A stretch of 29,768 bases of DNA from an uncultured Bacilli bacterium (GCA_947629195.1 CANRCS010000001.1:1-29768); one strand, 5' to 3'; counted from the stretch's first letter, positions 15,660 through 24,078 are shown. Made by a program: numbers and translations. Notes: a model not told the origin generated them from the letters alone.

Positions 15660-18011
15660 ATGGCTAATAATAATCAAAATTTTAATGCAGGTCAAAATAT
15701 TAGAGATGCATTGCAGAAAGCTCAAAAGGCAGCTAATGCTAGTGGAAAACCAGCAACTGCTTTTGTTAACATTACCCCTAAAAAACCAGTTGTAAATGCT
15801 AAAATAAATCAAGAAGAAAATGCTGTTTCAAATAAAATAGCAAATACAAAAATGAATAATCAATCACCTAATTTAGGAAAAAATAATAATAAAAATAATA
15901 AAAATGATAAACAAGATGAAGAAAATAAAAGAAATACCGAAATAAATCAAAAAGAGAAAACAAAAGATGAGTTAGAAAATAGTAAACAACAAAAATATAG
16001 TGGTAAAATGGTTGGACGTGGAGTAGTGCCAAGCATTGGATTAGGTTTAGGAAGTGAACAGACAAGCTCTAGTAGTGTAGATGTTGTATCCACAGTTCAA
16101 AAGATTAAAAAATATAAATGGCCAATTATGATTGGTGGAGGAATAGTGGCACTTTTATTTACTGTTATAATTGTTTTTTCGATGTTTCTTGCAGTTCAGA
16201 ATAATATAATTGATGCAGCAACAGAATGGCTTGAAAATGGTAAAAATCAGGTTGCATCATTTTTTGATAAGTTTGATAATTTCTTAAAAGGTAATGGTTG
16301 GTCAGATGACGAGACAGCATTTTTAAATGAATTAAATCAAAAAAATGAATATTATGAGAATAGAAATCTTCAAATTAATGTTCCATTAATTATGTCTACT
16401 CTAATGACAAAACAATTATATAATAGTAAAAATCCTAGTGATGATATGGGAGAAGAGTTCGCAAGTATTGATGAAGCACAAACTGATATAAATGAAATAA
16501 GATATGGTAGTATGATAGGTGATATGAGAAAATTAGTAGAATACCAAGTGGTAAAGTTTTTCTCACTACCATCTAATGCTGACCCATCAGTCTATGAAAC
16601 TTTAATAAATCCACCATTAGCAGTTTTAAATGGTGCGGCAAATTTGCTTAATGTAGCAGCAGATACATTATTTCCAAGAAACATGAGATTATCTAATGCC
16701 AATTATTTAAGTAATTTAAGATTTGGTAAAAGTGCGAGTGAAGATGTTATTAATTCTGAGTCGCCAAATTTATCTTCTACATCCAGCTCATATACAGGGC
16801 AAATAAGATTGACAAATTTTATTGATTATTCTGTTGGATGGAGAGGTATGAGTCCGTATGGATATATGAAAGAAAGATTCCGTTTAAACGAAAAAGGTTG
16901 GTGGATGTATAATGATCCTGATACTGGAATGGAATATTTAGCAGTAGCAGCACCTACGACATATTGTTTAGGAACTGGTTGTGGACAAAGTTGGAGTGAG
17001 ATTGATGGTATAACATATTATGAATATGGTGACATAATACCACTAAATATTGCAGGAGAGAATTATCAAGCAATGGTAATAGATTCATGTGGTGCATGTA
17101 TGAGCGCAACAAATCCACTAAAGATAGACGTGTACGCTAGTAGAGATTATTTTAGTGAAAGTGGTCTAACTTCTGCAGGACAAGCAGCAGGTGCTGTAAT
17201 GCCCGATGAATTAACTACAACAATAGGATCATTTCAAAGTAAACCTACTCAAGATTTTTGGGTATACAAAGATCCAACGCAAGAGGAAAAGCAAGATATA
17301 AATGGATACAAAAATGGATATATATACAAAGCTTATTCGGATGCATTTGTAGGATTAGATGATTCTGCTATACCAGAAAAAGTTGAATCTATAATTAAAA
17401 CCATCTACGATATGAAAGATTCATATATGGAATATAGTAATATGGGTAATAATACAACAAATACATTAGATACAATTACTGGTGAAAGAACATCTAGACC
17501 TAGTAGAACTAATGCTTTCTATTACGACCAAACAACTGATTCTGGAGCAGATGGTACATTAGAGGGTGAATGTGCATGGTATGCAACTGGTAGGGCTAAA
17601 GAGTTCTTAGCATCAATTAATAGCACTGAAACATGGACAGATAATCCAGATGGTGGTGACTTCTGTAATACTGCTGATGCTCAAAAATTTAATACAGGAA
17701 CTACTCCTAAAGCAGGATCATTAATTTCATGGAGTTATGAACCATATGGACACGTTGCATTTGTAGAAAGTGTAAATGCAGATGGTACATTTAATATAAC
17801 AGAAGCAGGTATAAGTTTTGGACAGTGGAGTAAAGGAGCTAGAAGTATAATAAATAGTGGAGATGAAAATAAATTAAGAAAAGAAAATTGTGAAGGTAAT
17901 GGAACAGGATGCATTAATATACAAAAAAATATTACAACTAGTTCATATAGTGGATTTAAATGTTTCATATATTTAACAGAACCAAAAAATGGAGGTAATA
18001 CTAGTGAATAA
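15660..18011 (+). CDS. VirB1-like membrane-anchored peptidoglycan hydrolase (3D/DPBB-like domain plus C-terminal CHAP)
   Basis: N/K/Q-rich N-terminus and a TM. YLAVAAP...YGDII...AMVIDSCGAC...KIDVY (about 16929-17140) is 3D/RlpA-like. GECAWYATGR...PKAGSLISW...YGHVAFVESVNADGTFNITEA (about 17560-17810) is a CHAP domain with Cys and His intact. Confidence 0.8.
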   Translation: MANNNQNFNAGQNIRDALQKAQKAANASGKPATAFVNITPKKPVVNAKINQEENAVSNKIANTKMNNQSPNLGKNNNKNNKNDKQDEENKRNTEINQKEKTKDELENSKQQKYSGKMVGRGVVPSIGLGLGSEQTSSSSVDVVSTVQKIKKYKWPIMIGGGIVALLFTVIIVFSMFLAVQNNIIDAATEWLENGKNQVASFFDKFDNFLKGNGWSDDETAFLNELNQKNEYYENRNLQINVPLIMSTLMTKQLYNSKNPSDDMGEEFASIDEAQTDINEIRYGSMIGDMRKLVEYQVVKFFSLPSNADPSVYETLINPPLAVLNGAANLLNVAADTLFPRNMRLSNANYLSNLRFGKSASEDVINSESPNLSSTSSSYTGQIRLTNFIDYSVGWRGMSPYGYMKERFRLNEKGWWMYNDPDTGMEYLAVAAPTTYCLGTGCGQSWSEIDGITYYEYGDIIPLNIAGENYQAMVIDSCGACMSATNPLKIDVYASRDYFSESGLTSAGQAAGAVMPDELTTTIGSFQSKPTQDFWVYKDPTQEEKQDINGYKNGYIYKAYSDAFVGLDDSAIPEKVESIIKTIYDMKDSYMEYSNMGNNTTNTLDTITGERTSRPSRTNAFYYDQTTDSGADGTLEGECAWYATGRAKEFLASINSTETWTDNPDGGDFCNTADAQKFNTGTTPKAGSLISWSYEPYGHVAFVESVNADGTFNITEAGISFGQWSKGARSIINSGDENKLRKENCEGNGTGCINIQKNITTSSYSGFKCFIYLTEPKNGGNTSE

Positions 18012-18765
18012 ATTTAAAATTATTGTTTGTATATTATTTTCCATGTTCTTAATAGGTTGTGAAGCAACATATAATGTAAATATTGATGGAAATAGTGTTA
18101 GTGAAGATGTTAGTTTTATTGAACAAGATAGTAGTAAATATGATACAATTTTATTTTCACATACTGATATAACATATAAATCTTCAATATATGAGAATGC
18201 AAAGTGGCCAACAGGAGCATTTTACCTAAAAAATGGAGATCCTTATGAACCTGTCATAATGGATGGAGTAGAATATTATAATCAAGACTTAATTGATGAT
18301 AATGAAGGACTTGGTATAAAATATGATTATAATTTCACTCTAGATAATTATAGAGAATCCAATGCTGCAAGATCTTGTTTTAAAAATTTTGGATTTGGTA
18401 ATGGCGATAAGAAAATAAGTATATATGCAAACGATGCAAGTTATTGTTTTAATGGACATAAAATGTTAGATAAGGTTACAATTAATTTAAAAACAACATA
18501 TCCTGTTATAAGTCATAATGCAGATAAATTTGATAAAGATAATAATACATATACTTGGAATGTAACAACTAAAAATGCTGAAAATAAAATAATAAAAATG
18601 GAATTATCAAAAGATTTAAATTATAAACCTGAAAAAGATAGTAAAGTTATTTTAGAGGAAAATAATTTTATGACTATGATTATAGCATTTGCTGTATTTG
18701 CTTTAGTTGGTGGTATAATTGTATTAATTCTTTATAACAAAAGCAAAACTACGAATAAGATATAG
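18004..18765 (+). CDS. Lipoprotein with additional C-terminal TM (LppM/DUF3153-like)
   Basis: SD GGAGG (17991-17995) fits GTG 18004, not ATG 17989. Lipobox LIG|C (Cys codon 18058-18060), VISHNADKFDKDNNTYTWNV motif, C-terminal TM plus basic tail. Confidence 0.7.
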   Translation: MNKFKIIVCILFSMFLIGCEATYNVNIDGNSVSEDVSFIEQDSSKYDTILFSHTDITYKSSIYENAKWPTGAFYLKNGDPYEPVIMDGVEYYNQDLIDDNEGLGIKYDYNFTLDNYRESNAARSCFKNFGFGNGDKKISIYANDASYCFNGHKMLDKVTINLKTTYPVISHNADKFDKDNNTYTWNVTTKNAENKIIKMELSKDLNYKPEKDSKVILEENNFMTMIIAFAVFALVGGIIVLILYNKSKTTNKI

Positions 18766-18804
18766 AAGAATACATTGATTTGTTTAATCAAATGTATTCT
18801 TTTT
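18766..18804 (+). terminator. Intrinsic terminator closing the virB-like operon
   Basis: AAGAATACATTGATT / AATCAAATGTATTCTT stem with one bulge, followed by a T tract. Confidence 0.7.
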
Positions 18805-18848
18805 AAGACTATTATTTCAAAAAATTTCTTTATTTATTAATGTTTAGA

Positions 18849-18857
18849 TGTTATAAT
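18849..18857 (+). promoter_or_regulatory. Extended -10 promoter for virD4
   Basis: TG-t-TATAAT; SD GGAGGTG at 18876-18882. Confidence 0.55.
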
Positions 18858-18890
18858 ATATTTATCAATTGATTTGGAGGTGCCTTGCAC

Positions 18891-21074
18891 ATGAAATTAA
18901 AGTTTACTGCTGATGCAAAAGACTGGGTTATTTTTTGTTTGTACTTAGTTTTAATTTTATATTTAGTTGCAATAGCAGTTTTAAATATTGCCACATTATC
19001 TAGAGAGGGACAATTTTATGGATTAAATCCAATCGAAGCATTTATAAACCCTGATTATTTAAAACCAACAATAGTATTCTTTATTTTATTTGTACTAGCT
19101 GGTATAGCAAGTGTTCAATCAAAATTTTTTGAAATGGAAAAAGGTATTGGTTTTTCTACAAATAAAAAAGAAAGTGGATATTCAAGATGGGCAAAAGAAG
19201 ATGAAATTAAAAGAGAATTAAAGCCTGTCAATCCAAAAGCTCCTACAAGTGATGTTGCCGGTATTGCACTTATAAATGATGGAAAAACTATTTGGGTTGA
19301 TGATAGTGAATATCATAGTTTAATAATAGGATCAACTGGTTCTGGTAAAACTCAAACAGTAGTATTTCCATTAATTCAGACTTTAGCAAAAAAAGGCGAA
19401 TCAATGATTCTTACTGACCCTAAAGGTGAATTGTATGAAACAACAGCTAATTTACTTAAAAGTAAAGGTTATAAAATAATAGTAATAAATTTACGTGATC
19501 CTCAAAGAGGTAATGCATGGAATCCATTTCAATTACCATACAAATTATATAAATCAGGTAATTCGGATAAAGCTACGGAATTATTAGATGACTTAGCTAT
19601 AAATATATTATATGATGAAAAAAGTCAAAGTAGTGATCCATTTTGGGAAAAGACATCTGCTGACTACTTTACAGGTCTAGCACTTGGACTTTTTGAAGAC
19701 ACTGACGAAAATAAAATAAATATTAACAGTATTAACCTTATGAGTACTGATGGAGAAGATAAATTTGCAGGTTCTACATATATTAAAGAATATTTTAATA
19801 TGAAAGACCATTCTAAGCCAGCATATGTAAATGCATCAAGTACAATTAATGCACCTACTGATACAAAGGGAAGTATCTTATCAGTATTTAGACAAAAAAT
19901 AAAATTATTCTCATCAAAAGAAAACTTATCAGAAATGTTATCATATAGTGATTTTGATATGCAAGATATTGGTAAAGAAAAGACAGCTGTATTCTTAGTT
20001 ATCCAAGATGAAAAGAAAACATATCACTCTTTAGCAACTATCTTCCTAAAACAAGTATATGAAACACTAATCGATGTTGCTCAAGCTAATGGTGGACAAC
20101 TTCCAGTAAGAACAAACTTTATACTAGATGAGTTTGCGAATATGCCACCATTAAAAGATGTAACAACGATGATTACAGCAGCACGTTCAAGATTAATAAG
20201 ATTTAATTTTATTATCCAAAACTTTGCTCAATTAACACAAGTTTATGGTAAAGAAAATGCAGAAACCCTAAGGGGTAACTGTGGTAATATTATTTATTTG
20301 ATAAGTACAGAATTACAGGCACTTGAAGAAATCAGTAAATTATGTGGTGAAGTAAAATCAAAAGAAAAAGAAAAAACATCTTCTACACCACTTGTAACAG
20401 TTAGTGATTTACAAAGGATGAAACAATTTGAAATAATCGTCCTTAGAATAAGAAAATTTCCATTTAAAACTAAATTTACACCAAATTATAAAATGGATTG
20501 GGGTAATCAAAACTTTGATAAGGCAGAATTCCCAACAAGAGATAGAAGAACAGTTAACTTATTTGATGTAAAAGAATTTGTTAAAGAAAAGAAAAAAAGT
20601 AATTTAATGAATATACTTGATGAGCCTGTTAAATCTAATGTGATTCCAGATAGTCCATTTAATCCATTTGCAGGCGGTAACCCATTTAGTGATGCTAAAA
20701 GTCCATTTGAAAATAATCCATTTGGTGGACCAAAATCACCTGATGAAGAATTTAATGTTGATGAATTAGTTAAGAAAATAGATGCTAAAATTGCAGAACT
20801 TGAAGAAGAAGAACGTCGTGAAAAAGAAGAAATGGAAAGAAAAGCTAAAGAAGAGAAAGAAAAGAATAAAAAAGAAGAAAAAATAGTTGATGCAAAAGTA
20901 GAAGAAATTAAGAAAGAAGAAATACCTTCACAAATAAAACCTAAAGTAGAAACTACAAAACCTAAAGTAGAAAAGAAAGTTGTTAACAGACCTGTTATTA
21001 GTAAGAGTATTCAAGATAGAAACAACGATGAAATTAGCGATGATCAATTTTTCGATGATTTCTTTAGTGATTAA
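18891..21074 (+). CDS. virD4: VirD4/TraG-family type IV coupling protein with long disordered C-terminal tail
   Basis: Two N-terminal TMs, HSLIIGSTGSGKT, ILTDPKGELY, FILDEFANMPPL, ARSRLIRFNFIIQNFAQL..VYG. ATG 18891 is preferred over TTG 18885 on SD spacing. Confidence 0.92.
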   Translation: MKLKFTADAKDWVIFCLYLVLILYLVAIAVLNIATLSREGQFYGLNPIEAFINPDYLKPTIVFFILFVLAGIASVQSKFFEMEKGIGFSTNKKESGYSRWAKEDEIKRELKPVNPKAPTSDVAGIALINDGKTIWVDDSEYHSLIIGSTGSGKTQTVVFPLIQTLAKKGESMILTDPKGELYETTANLLKSKGYKIIVINLRDPQRGNAWNPFQLPYKLYKSGNSDKATELLDDLAINILYDEKSQSSDPFWEKTSADYFTGLALGLFEDTDENKININSINLMSTDGEDKFAGSTYIKEYFNMKDHSKPAYVNASSTINAPTDTKGSILSVFRQKIKLFSSKENLSEMLSYSDFDMQDIGKEKTAVFLVIQDEKKTYHSLATIFLKQVYETLIDVAQANGGQLPVRTNFILDEFANMPPLKDVTTMITAARSRLIRFNFIIQNFAQLTQVYGKENAETLRGNCGNIIYLISTELQALEEISKLCGEVKSKEKEKTSSTPLVTVSDLQRMKQFEIIVLRIRKFPFKTKFTPNYKMDWGNQNFDKAEFPTRDRRTVNLFDVKEFVKEKKKSNLMNILDEPVKSNVIPDSPFNPFAGGNPFSDAKSPFENNPFGGPKSPDEEFNVDELVKKIDAKIAELEEEERREKEEMERKAKEEKEKNKKEEKIVDAKVEEIKKEEIPSQIKPKVETTKPKVEKKVVNRPVISKSIQDRNNDEISDDQFFDDFFSD

Positions 21075-21077
21075 TAT

Positions 21078-21107
21078 AAACCTTAGAAAAATTTTCTAAG
21101 GTTTTTT
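21078..21107 (+). terminator. Intrinsic terminator after virD4
   Basis: AAACCTTAGAAA / TTTCTAAGGTTT perfect stem followed by a T tract. Confidence 0.75.
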
Positions 21108-21115
21108 CATAAACT
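21086..21115 (+). promoter_or_regulatory. Putative sigma-E (sporulation) promoter for yunB
   Basis: CATAAACT (21108-21115) matches the B. subtilis sigma-E -10 CATACAHT at 7/8; weak -35 GAAAAAT with a 15-bp spacer; no sigma-A promoter seen. Confidence 0.35.
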
Positions 21116-21131
21116 TAAATAGGTGATTTAA

Positions 21132-21920
21132 ATGGTAAAAAAAGCAAAATTAAAAAAAAGAAAGTTTAGAAATCAAAAAAAGAAATCTTTTAAAAAAATT
21201 ATATTAAGCAGAATTTTGTTTATACTAATATTTGTTATAATAACTACAATTATTTTAATAGATATATTTAATAAAAAAGCCACTCCAATCCTATTAAATC
21301 ATGCTGAATTAGAGACTAAAAGAATCGCTACTGTAATAATAAATAGAGCAATATCAAAACAGATTGCAAATGAGATAACTTTAGATGAATTAATTGAAAC
21401 GACAAAAAATGATGCAGGAGAAATACAAAGTGTAGATTTTAATCCTTATTTAGTTAATAAAGTTTTAAATTCAGTAACTAATACTGTACAATTAAATTTA
21501 AAATGGTTACAGGAAGGTAAAATTGATATGATAGAATTACCTGATGATGTAACTGTTAATTATAATAGTGATAAATTAAGACAGGGTATAATATATGAAA
21601 TGCCACTAGGATTAGTAACACAAAATTCATTTCTATCTAATTTAGGACCAAAAATTCCAGTAAAATTAAATTTAGTTGGAGCAGTAGAATGTTCTGTTAA
21701 AACAGATACAAAACATTATGGAATAAATAATGCAATTATTCAAGTATCTATAAATGTTAAAGTTAGTGAACAAGTAAACTTACCATTTACATCAAAAATA
21801 GCTACAATAAAAACTGATATTCCTGTTGCACTTAAAATAATAGAAGGTAAAGTACCTAACTATTATTCTAATGGAATAAGCAAAGAAACAAGCCCTTTCA
21901 GTGTTGCAATTGAGGAATAA
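21132..21920 (+). CDS. yunB: Sporulation protein YunB
   Basis: N-terminal TM, PILLNHAELETKRIATVIINRAI, GIIYEMPLGLVTQNSFLSNLGPKIPVK, YGINNA, PVALKIIEGKVPNYY. Confidence 0.9.
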   Translation: MVKKAKLKKRKFRNQKKKSFKKIILSRILFILIFVIITTIILIDIFNKKATPILLNHAELETKRIATVIINRAISKQIANEITLDELIETTKNDAGEIQSVDFNPYLVNKVLNSVTNTVQLNLKWLQEGKIDMIELPDDVTVNYNSDKLRQGIIYEMPLGLVTQNSFLSNLGPKIPVKLNLVGAVECSVKTDTKHYGINNAIIQVSINVKVSEQVNLPFTSKIATIKTDIPVALKIIEGKVPNYYSNGISKETSPFSVAIEE

Positions 21921-21931
21921 TATGGTATAAT
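21904..21931 (+). promoter_or_regulatory. sigma-A promoter overlapping the yunB 3' end
   Basis: TTGCAA (21904-21909), 16 bp, TG-g-TATAAT (21926-21931). Confidence 0.5.
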
Positions 21932-21966
21932 GAATTTGGAAAATAATATATAAAAAGGTGATGGAT

Positions 21967-23679
21967 ATGACAAATAATAAAAAATTGAATTTACTTAAAG
22001 TACTTATTTGTATATTATTAATTTCTGTTATTATTGTATTTGCTATATATTATTTTTCTCATAATAAAAATGATGTGAAAAAGAAATCATATTATTTGTC
22101 AAGTAATATTTTTGATGTGAATACTTATGATGAAAATTTTAAAGTTTCGGGTACTTTAAAAAGAGGAAGTAAGGTAATTAAGGAAAGTAATAAAGCGTTA
22201 GTAGATAAGGATAATAAAGAATATATAAAAATAAAATATGATGATAAAAGTTATATAATATTATCTGATAATTTAGTTGATAATGAAAAGAAGATTGCTA
22301 CGGAAGATAAAGTTTTTGTAAGAACTGCTACATCTATATATTCTGATTATGGTTCTAGTGAAATTATAGGTTTAGCAAAAAAAGGTGATGAATTATCTGT
22401 TTTAGAATACAATAAAGTTTTACAAAATGGAGTAGTAGATAGATATAAGGTAAGTTATGGCGATATAACAGGATATGTTTATGGTAAATATTTAGTTTTT
22501 GATAAAGATTCCTCATTAGCATTTTATGAACAAGAAAAATATCATGATTTACATGCAACTAGAGGAGATAATTTAGGTGCAGGAAATGCGGGTAATTTAG
22601 ATTATTATCCTGTTGATAAGCCAAAATTTAAAGATAATAAAATGCCAGATGTTGTTTATGCACTATATTTAAATGGTGGTAAGGATGTCATAAGTAGAGT
22701 AGATGAATATATTGAATTTGCTAAAGGAACGAAAATAAATTCATTTGTAGTTGATATAAAAGATAATGAGGCTCCTGCATATTCATCAGATGTTATGAGG
22801 GAATATTCTCCAACTAATTATGCAAAAGCTGCAAATAGTAAAGAAGATTATAAAAATGCAATTCAAAAAATAAAAGATGCAGGATTTTATGTAATTGGAA
22901 GAATTACAGCATTTAAAGATAAATATTATGCAACTGACCATCCTGATAATGCAATAATGGATACAAGAACAGGTGGTCCATATTTACATGCAGATACATA
23001 TTGGCCAAGTCCATTTAAAAGAGGAGTTTGGATGTTTAATGTGGAACTTGCTAAGGAATCAGTAAAAGATATGGGATTTAATGAAATACAATTTGATTAT
23101 GTAAGATTTCCAGATAGAGTTTTAGAATATGAAAGAAAAGGATTAATGGATTTTAGAAATGACTATGGTGAAGAAAAAGCACAAGCAATTCAAAGATTTT
23201 TAATGTATGCAACAGATGAACTTCATAAATTAAATGTTTATGTATCCGCTGATGTATTTGGAGAATCTGCTCATGAATACGTAACTGCATATGGTCAATA
23301 TTGGAGTTCAATATCAAATGTTGTAGATGTAATAAGTGCGATGCCATACCCAGACCACTTTAGCAAGTATGAATATGGATTTAAAGAACCAGTATGGACT
23401 AAACCTTATGATATATTAAATTTCTGGGCAAAAACATATGTAGTTAAAAGACAAGCAGAAATTCCAACACCTGCTATTGCAAGAACATGGGTTCAAACAT
23501 ACGATGTTCCAAATTATAAACAACCTGGTGGATATAAATATGGTGCAGAACAAGTAAATGCCCAAATCCAAGCATTGTTTGATAATGGATTAAATGGTGG
23601 ATATATGACGTGGAATTCTAGTTCAAATCTAGAAAAATATAAATCACAAATAGATGCATATAATAAGGAGTATAAATAA
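21967..23679 (+). CDS. Putative glycoside hydrolase (DUF4015-like TIM barrel) with N-terminal anchor and SH3-like region
   Basis: SD AAAGGTG fits ATG 21967. INSFVVDIKD, VIGRITAFKD, GFNEIQFDYVRFP, VSADVFG, DVISAMPYPDHF motifs; SH3-like GLAKKGDELSVLEY...YKVSYGDITGYVYGKYL. Confidence 0.8.
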   Translation: MTNNKKLNLLKVLICILLISVIIVFAIYYFSHNKNDVKKKSYYLSSNIFDVNTYDENFKVSGTLKRGSKVIKESNKALVDKDNKEYIKIKYDDKSYIILSDNLVDNEKKIATEDKVFVRTATSIYSDYGSSEIIGLAKKGDELSVLEYNKVLQNGVVDRYKVSYGDITGYVYGKYLVFDKDSSLAFYEQEKYHDLHATRGDNLGAGNAGNLDYYPVDKPKFKDNKMPDVVYALYLNGGKDVISRVDEYIEFAKGTKINSFVVDIKDNEAPAYSSDVMREYSPTNYAKAANSKEDYKNAIQKIKDAGFYVIGRITAFKDKYYATDHPDNAIMDTRTGGPYLHADTYWPSPFKRGVWMFNVELAKESVKDMGFNEIQFDYVRFPDRVLEYERKGLMDFRNDYGEEKAQAIQRFLMYATDELHKLNVYVSADVFGESAHEYVTAYGQYWSSISNVVDVISAMPYPDHFSKYEYGFKEPVWTKPYDILNFWAKTYVVKRQAEIPTPAIARTWVQTYDVPNYKQPGGYKYGAEQVNAQIQALFDNGLNGGYMTWNSSSNLEKYKSQIDAYNKEYK

Positions 23680-23680
23680 T

Positions 23681-23962
23681 ATGATAGAAGTTAATGGACA
23701 TAAATTTGAAATAATTAAAGATGAAAAAGATTGTTTTGATAAAGATGAATTTGAAAACTATTTTACTGAATATTTTTATGATTATGATTATATAGTAGGT
23801 GATATAGCATATTCTCATCTTAGATTAAAGGGATTTTACAATGAAAAAAATAAAAAAGTAAAAGACTATAATAATATTAAAAATCTTGAACAATATATAA
23901 GTGATTATTGTGCTTATGGATGTAAATATTTCGTATTAAAAAAAATTAAAAATGAAAAATAA
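23681..23962 (+). CDS. yutD: YutD-family protein (DUF1027)
   Basis: SD AAGGAG fits ATG 23681; YDYIVGDIAYSHLRLKGFY and ISDYCAYGCKYFVLKK motifs. Confidence 0.85.
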   Translation: MIEVNGHKFEIIKDEKDCFDKDEFENYFTEYFYDYDYIVGDIAYSHLRLKGFYNEKNKKVKDYNNIKNLEQYISDYCAYGCKYFVLKKIKNEK

Positions 23963-24049
23963 ATACCAAAAAGTATCAATTTTTGATATTTTTTTGTATA
24001 ATAATATTACCAAAAAATCACAAAATTTAAAAAAATATCAAATTTTGTA

Positions 24050-24078
24050 TTGGAATTATGATGTATATGTGATAAAAT
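24050..24078 (+). promoter_or_regulatory. sigma-A promoter
   Basis: TTGGAA (24050-24055), 17 bp, TG-a-TAAAAT (24073-24078). Confidence 0.5.

Larger units (their letters stand above)
9927..21074 (+). other. Type IV secretion system gene cluster (Gram-positive type)
   Basis: virB2-like x2, virB6-like, virB3-like, split virB4, CHAP hydrolase, lipoprotein, virD4. Confidence 0.85.

Noticed and set aside
9927-21074. Calling the T4SS cluster an ICE or mobile element
   Set aside because: No relaxase, integrase, att site or cargo is visible and the right junction is seamless. Not formally excluded, because the left boundary is outside the window.
21967-23679. DUF4015-like hydrolase as a T4SS effector or part of the system
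   Set aside because: It lies beyond yunB, has its own promoter and membrane anchor, and belongs to a widespread family; nothing in the sequence links it to the cluster.
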